From UHGV virus genome UHGV-0115522: a stretch of DNA of 34,277 bases; one strand, given 5' to 3'. This DNA comes from a virus. Position numbers and translations under genes: made by a program. Shown in pieces: positions 30,597-34,277 of the stretch; position 1 is the first letter of the stretch, and the number at the start of each line of letters is the position of its first letter. A model generated the notes under the pieces. It made no database searches and had not been told where the DNA came from. It saw nothing but the letters and a program-made list of their open reading frames with translations.

Positions 30597-30986
30597 ATGG
30601 GCTTCCCTTCTCCTGCGGCGGATTATGTTGAAAGCAGAATTTCTCTTGATCAGCAACTAATCAGGCATCCATCAGCGACATACTTCATGCGGGCGGCAGA
30701 CAGCCATCACCGTGAGGGAATATTGCAGGGTGCTTTGCTGGTGGTTGATTCCTCGCTTACTCCGGTTGATGGTTCGCTGCTTGTCTGCGCTATGGAGGGT
30801 GAATATCGCATAAAGAGATACCGAAAGTATCCGCGCCAGCACCTGGAGGATTTAAGCACCGGGAAGAAAGAGGCGTTACCAGTAGATGACGATGGTTACA
30901 CGGGTAGTAATGCTGTTTTTGGTGTGATCACTCATGTCATCAATGATGCCCGAAGTGGGGAATTTGATGACTGTCCGGTGATTTAA
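30597..30986 (+). CDS. humD: HumD, UmuD'-like translesion-synthesis accessory protein
   Basis: 129 aa with the S24-peptidase/UmuD fold signature (ATYFMRAADSHHREGILQGALLVVDSSLTPVDGSLLVCAMEGEYRIKRY). Confidence 0.85.
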   Translation: MGFPSPAADYVESRISLDQQLIRHPSATYFMRAADSHHREGILQGALLVVDSSLTPVDGSLLVCAMEGEYRIKRYRKYPRQHLEDLSTGKKEALPVDDDGYTGSNAVFGVITHVINDARSGEFDDCPVI

Positions 30987-31021
30987 GCTGCAAAGTGCTG
31001 GTGCTTTATGCCTGTGAAGTT

Positions 31022-31050
31022 TATAATTGTGTACACATAACGAGTACACG
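31022..31050 (+). promoter_or_regulatory. phd-doc promoter/operator region
   Basis: TATAAT at 31022-31027, then perfect palindrome TGTGTACACA (31028-31037) and a second GAGTACAC half-repeat, just upstream of the phd SD. Confidence 0.6.
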
Positions 31051-31058
31051 AGGTGTTT

Positions 31059-31280
31059 ATGCAATCCATTAACTTCCGTACCGCGCGCGGCAACCTTTCT
31101 GAAGTGCTCAACAATGTTGAAGCCGGGGAAGAGGTTGAAATCACCCGCAGAGGCCGTGAGCCAGCAGTAATTGTCAGCAAGGCTACTTTCGAAGCCTACA
31201 AAAAAGCGGCGCTGGATGCTGAATTTGCATCCCTGTTTGACACCCTGGACTCCACCAACAAGGAACTGGTTAACCGATAA
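31059..31280 (+). CDS. phd: Phd antitoxin
   Basis: 73 aa from ATG 31059 ([73 protein letters not shown]) matches P1 Phd from memory. Confidence 0.93.
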
Positions 31281-31660
31281 TGAGGCATATATCACCGGAA
31301 GAACTTATTGCGCTTCATGATGCGAATATAAGCCGCTACGGCGGCCTGCCGGGAATGTCAGATCCGGGTAGGGCAGAGGCCATTATCGGGAGAGTTCAGG
31401 CCAGAGTTGCCTACGAAGAGATCACCGACCTTTTCGAAGTCTCCGCCACCTACCTGGTGGCTACAGCGAGAGGGCATATATTCAATGATGCCAATAAGCG
31501 TACCGCGCTAAACAGTGCGCTGCTATTTCTACGCCGTAACGGGGTGCAGGTATTTGATTCACCTGAACTGGCAGACCTTACTGTAGGCGCTGCGACTGGC
31601 GAGATATCTGTATCTTCTGTCGCCGCCACGTTACGTAGATTGTATGGTTCTGCGGAGTAG
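31280..31660 (+). CDS. doc: Doc toxin (Fic-fold kinase)
   Basis: 126 aa ([78 protein letters not shown]...) matches P1 Doc from memory; start overlaps the phd stop (TAATG). Confidence 0.93.
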
Positions 31661-31664
31661 ATTA

Positions 31665-31844
31665 ATGGCACGCAAATACAACAAATTGTCCCGTGAAGCG
31701 TTAAAGATGCTTCTTGATGGCGTGAGTCGCCGCGAGGTAAAGCAATACCTGGTTGGTAAGCAAATTGGAGCCAGGACTGCTATTGCTGTGTTATGCCGTC
31801 AGGAAATGGTTGTGCTTAAACAGATAATGCCGGGCAGCAGATAA
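31665..31844 (+). CDS. Small basic hypothetical protein after doc
   Basis: 59 aa from ATG 31665 (MARKYNKLSREALKMLLDGVSRREVKQYLVGKQ...), 4 nt after the doc stop. Confidence 0.45.
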   Translation: MARKYNKLSREALKMLLDGVSRREVKQYLVGKQIGARTAIAVLCRQEMVVLKQIMPGSR

Positions 31845-31871
31845 AGCCCAATCAGTGATTAAAGGTGTGAT

Positions 31872-32771
31872 GTGAAAGCCGTAATTACTCCCTTTGTACA
31901 GAAAGAGCTTGGCCTCGCCACGTTCAAAGTGGATCAGGAGGTCCGAAAGCTGGTGGAGGCTGGCCGTAAATTTATTATGGAGCCGGTGCCGCGTGAGTTA
32001 ATCGAGCACATGGAAGACGGCCTCGTTGTTACGGAGCAAACCATGGCAACAAATGAGGCGTTGCAGCCGTTTTTTAACAGCGATGAACTGTTTCGCCGTA
32101 TTGGTGGAATTGACGCGCTGGTGGCGTGGTTGCGTAGGAAAGAGGGTCAATGCCAGGCCGCAGATCGTAGTTGGTGTGACAACCATATTGTCCACGCAGA
32201 ACGAGACAATAGCGCGGTGTTGTTGTGCTGGCATCACGATAACCATTACCGGATGCGTGGTTTTAATGAGCTGAAAGAAACGCTGCACAATAATCGCGTT
32301 AACTGGATACTGGATGTCGCCCGTCAGGAAATGGGCCTTTCAAATAGCCATGATTTAAGTATTCAGGAGCTGTGCTGGTGGGCTTTCATGCGCAACATGA
32401 TGCACCTGATGCCGGAAGAAGTCTGCCGCATATCAATAAATAAGATGAAGGCTACTCCGCAGGATAGCGGACCTCTGAAAGAGGCGGATATTCGCCCGTA
32501 TGACGATCGCGCTACAGCATATGTTCAAATGATGGAAGAACGCGCCGCGCCGATGCGTGCAAAAGTATGCCCTGTGGATGTTGACTCCGACCCAGGTATG
32601 GCGCATTTCAAAATACCAAAACTTCAATCGCTAAAATTGCCCGAGTACATGGACTTTGTGGCTTCCCGTCCATGCTGTGGCTGTGGAGCTGCGGGAGCTG
32701 GCGCTCACATTACGCCTTATATCGTTCGTCATAGTCGATTATTTCACGGTGAAAGAAGTGGTGCTGGATGA
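31872..32771 (+). CDS. Hypothetical protein; the 3' end may be frameshifted
   Basis: 299-aa ORF (GTG start, AAAGG SD). Its last 35 residues are Gly/Ala/Cys-rich filler ([13 protein letters not shown]...), while the overlapping frame 32656-32883 encodes a well-formed tail (...QIRLTPQLTGKGQQWLTRKLLDAGLLKPVAAE). Confidence 0.5.
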   Translation: MKAVITPFVQKELGLATFKVDQEVRKLVEAGRKFIMEPVPRELIEHMEDGLVVTEQTMATNEALQPFFNSDELFRRIGGIDALVAWLRRKEGQCQAADRSWCDNHIVHAERDNSAVLLCWHHDNHYRMRGFNELKETLHNNRVNWILDVARQEMGLSNSHDLSIQELCWWAFMRNMMHLMPEEVCRISINKMKATPQDSGPLKEADIRPYDDRATAYVQMMEERAAPMRAKVCPVDVDSDPGMAHFKIPKLQSLKLPEYMDFVASRPCCGCGAAGAGAHITPYIVRHSRLFHGERSGAG

Positions 32772-32915
32772 TGAAGATGGCTATCAGATACGGTTGACGC
32801 CTCAATTAACGGGTAAAGGCCAGCAGTGGTTGACGCGTAAACTGCTCGATGCTGGCTTGTTAAAACCGGTGGCGGCTGAATAATGGAAGAATGCCCGGTT
32901 GATGCCGGGCATAAT

Positions 32916-33767
32916 TTATTGCGCGCTTTCGGGGTTGTCGTTTACTGGCTGCCCCTTCTTGGTTTTACGGCTGCGCGTAACTGATGCGGCTGACTTAACC
33001 TTTTTCTCTTCGCGAGTGATGGCAATTTGTTTTTTTACATTTTCAATATCTGCCAGGCGATATATTTTTGCTTGTGGCCAGCGGTCGCAGATGATCGGTT
33101 CTATGGAGTCATAAAGGCTAAATTTTGCTTTCTCGAATTCACCGTTGATGATGATTCCATCACGGAGAGTTTCATCGCAGATAAACACGCCACACAGCGG
33201 CACATGGTAACTAACTGATTTACCGTTATTGTAGTTAGGACTACTGGAGATGTAGTGAACGCGCAGCATTGTTTCGCTAAAGCCGTGTACGCGCATACGG
33301 AATTTTTCATCCTCCGGGTACTGCTTCATTAGCTCTTTTGTTGCTTCCAGGTTCTCTATGTATTTCGCACTGTGCTCATTGAACCCCGCGCTTTTTTGGA
33401 TGCGAATGTCCTTATCAATCAGATGAATAATGCGGCCAGCGGTCATGTTGACGCTGTTTACAGCTTCTGTCTGATAGGTCGTAACCTTACGCACACCGCG
33501 AAGGATGTTAGGCACAGGATATAAAATAGTCTTTGGGATATTGAGGTCTGGGTACTGTTCCAGTTCCCGCGCCATTAAAGTCCATTTATCAATTTCAGCC
33601 TGAATGCTGTCCGTTTCTTTGAACGGCAGAACGACAACCGGGCGTACAGGACGACCGTCGCTGGCGGCATCAACGTGTTGGGCGCGTGCAACAGCTTTTT
33701 TTAGAAAGAGATCCCTGAAGCTGACGAACTCCTGGTACAGTTGTTCGCCGTAGACATAATTTATCAT
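32916..33767 (-). CDS. c1: C1 repressor of lysis
   Basis: 283-aa translation (MINYVYGEQLYQEFVSFRDLFLKKAVARAQHVDAASDGRPVRPVVVLPFKETDSIQAEIDKW...) matches P1 C1 from memory, and cognate operator-like sites recur across the window. Confidence 0.9.
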   Translation of the reverse strand: MINYVYGEQLYQEFVSFRDLFLKKAVARAQHVDAASDGRPVRPVVVLPFKETDSIQAEIDKWTLMARELEQYPDLNIPKTILYPVPNILRGVRKVTTYQTEAVNSVNMTAGRIIHLIDKDIRIQKSAGFNEHSAKYIENLEATKELMKQYPEDEKFRMRVHGFSETMLRVHYISSSPNYNNGKSVSYHVPLCGVFICDETLRDGIIINGEFEKAKFSLYDSIEPIICDRWPQAKIYRLADIENVKKQIAITREEKKVKSAASVTRSRKTKKGQPVNDNPESAQ

Positions 33768-33862
33768 TGATCCTCCTCCAGAATTGACATGGCCAACAAC
33801 TCACAGCGAATTACACTGGGAGTTGTTGGCCACCATTATAGAAGGATCCAACGAAAATAATA

Positions 33863-33879
33863 GATTTATTAGTGCATTT
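33863..33879 (-). promoter_or_regulatory. Degenerate C1 operator-like site in the c1 upstream region
   Basis: Reverse complement AATGCACTAATAAATCT (14/17) between the coi stop and the c1 start. Confidence 0.5.
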
Positions 33880-34087
33880 ATTGTGAGTCTGGCTGGTTAG
33901 TGGCCATGAGATATTCGATTGTGTCAGTGAGGTCATCCAGGTCGTCTTGGGTGATGCGGTACTCCTGATTGGATATCTTTGAGTAGTGTTCAGCAATGGC
34001 GCGGGCAGCGTCGGTTTCGGCGGGGTCTACAGATAAAGCGTTAGAGCAATGTCTAACATCGTCGATGGTTGGTGGAATGAAAGCCAT
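33878..34087 (-). CDS. coi: Coi-like C1 inactivator
   Basis: 69-aa acidic ORF immediately upstream of c1 on the same strand; length and position match P1 coi as I recall. Not verified by alignment. Confidence 0.7.
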   Translation of the reverse strand: MAFIPPTIDDVRHCSNALSVDPAETDAARAIAEHYSKISNQEYRITQDDLDDLTDTIEYLMATNQPDSQ

Positions 34088-34222
34088 AATTATGCCTCAC
34101 TGTATTGACAACACAGAGCCTGAAGCTCTGACCTACTGTTTCACCCATGTTCCATGCTGGGGTTATCTATCAACATTGCGCTGTGTGTAAGATGAGCAAT
34201 GCATAGCGGTAATGCCGTTGTA

Positions 34223-34277
34223 GGTGATGCTGCCAACTTACTGATTTAGTGTATGATGGTGTTTTTGAGGTGCTCCA
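34223..34277 (+). mobile_element. IS1 terminal inverted repeat; element continues beyond the window
   Basis: GGTGATGCTGCCAACTTACTGATTTAGTGTATGATGGTGTTTTTGAGGTGCTCCA is the insA-proximal end of IS1 as I recall it, truncated by the window edge. Confidence 0.85.

Noticed and set aside
32656-32883. 75-aa ORF listed as an independent gene
   Set aside because: It has no ribosome-binding site and overlaps the last 116 nt of the 299-aa ORF; more likely the displaced C-terminus of that protein after a frameshift than a separate gene.
34034-34050. Operator-like 17-mer inside coi (reverse complement ATTGCTCTAACGCTTTA)
   Set aside because: Only the first 10 positions match the consensus; a 10-mer match in 34 kb on both strands is not vanishingly unlikely by chance, so I do not call it, though a weak site inside coi is possible.

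Overview
This window reads as a heavily rearranged remnant of a P1-family phage-plasmid. Recognisable P1-type parts are a perfect 34-bp loxP site with cre, ref, a Lxc/Bof-like gene, a DarB-like helicase, a Ser/Thr phosphatase (ppp-like) followed by a co-directional operon of uncharacterised genes, hot (theta homolog), a LexA box with humD, phd-doc, and c1-coi. At least eight 17-bp matches to the C1 operator consensus (ATTGCTCTAATAAATTT, quoted from memory) are scattered through it. Two blocks interrupt this backbone. (1) Between the mat-like gene and lxc, where I recall P1 carrying its EcoP1I res-mod genes, sits an AT-rich insert with a standalone EAL-domain c-di-GMP phosphodiesterase and a divergent, frameshifted AraC-family regulator. 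(2) The DarB-like ORF closes abruptly at about 11200 and is followed by about 10 kb of cargo: a hairpin-rich noncoding segment, a StbD/StbE (RelB/RelE-type) toxin-antitoxin pair, a 1165-aa AIDA/pertactin-type autotransporter, a degraded IS3-family element, and an IS911-like element split by an intact IS30 with a 2-bp GT target duplication. No replication, partition, virion or terminase genes are visible. The window opens inside the 3' end of a methyl-accepting chemotaxis protein gene and ends in the first 55 bp of an IS1 terminal repeat. Several small hydrophobic ORFs below the 60-aa cutoff of the supplied track sit between the annotated genes. I found no CRISPR array, tRNA or rRNA. All identifications are from reading the translations and motifs; no database search was run, and P1 gene order and names are recalled, not checked.
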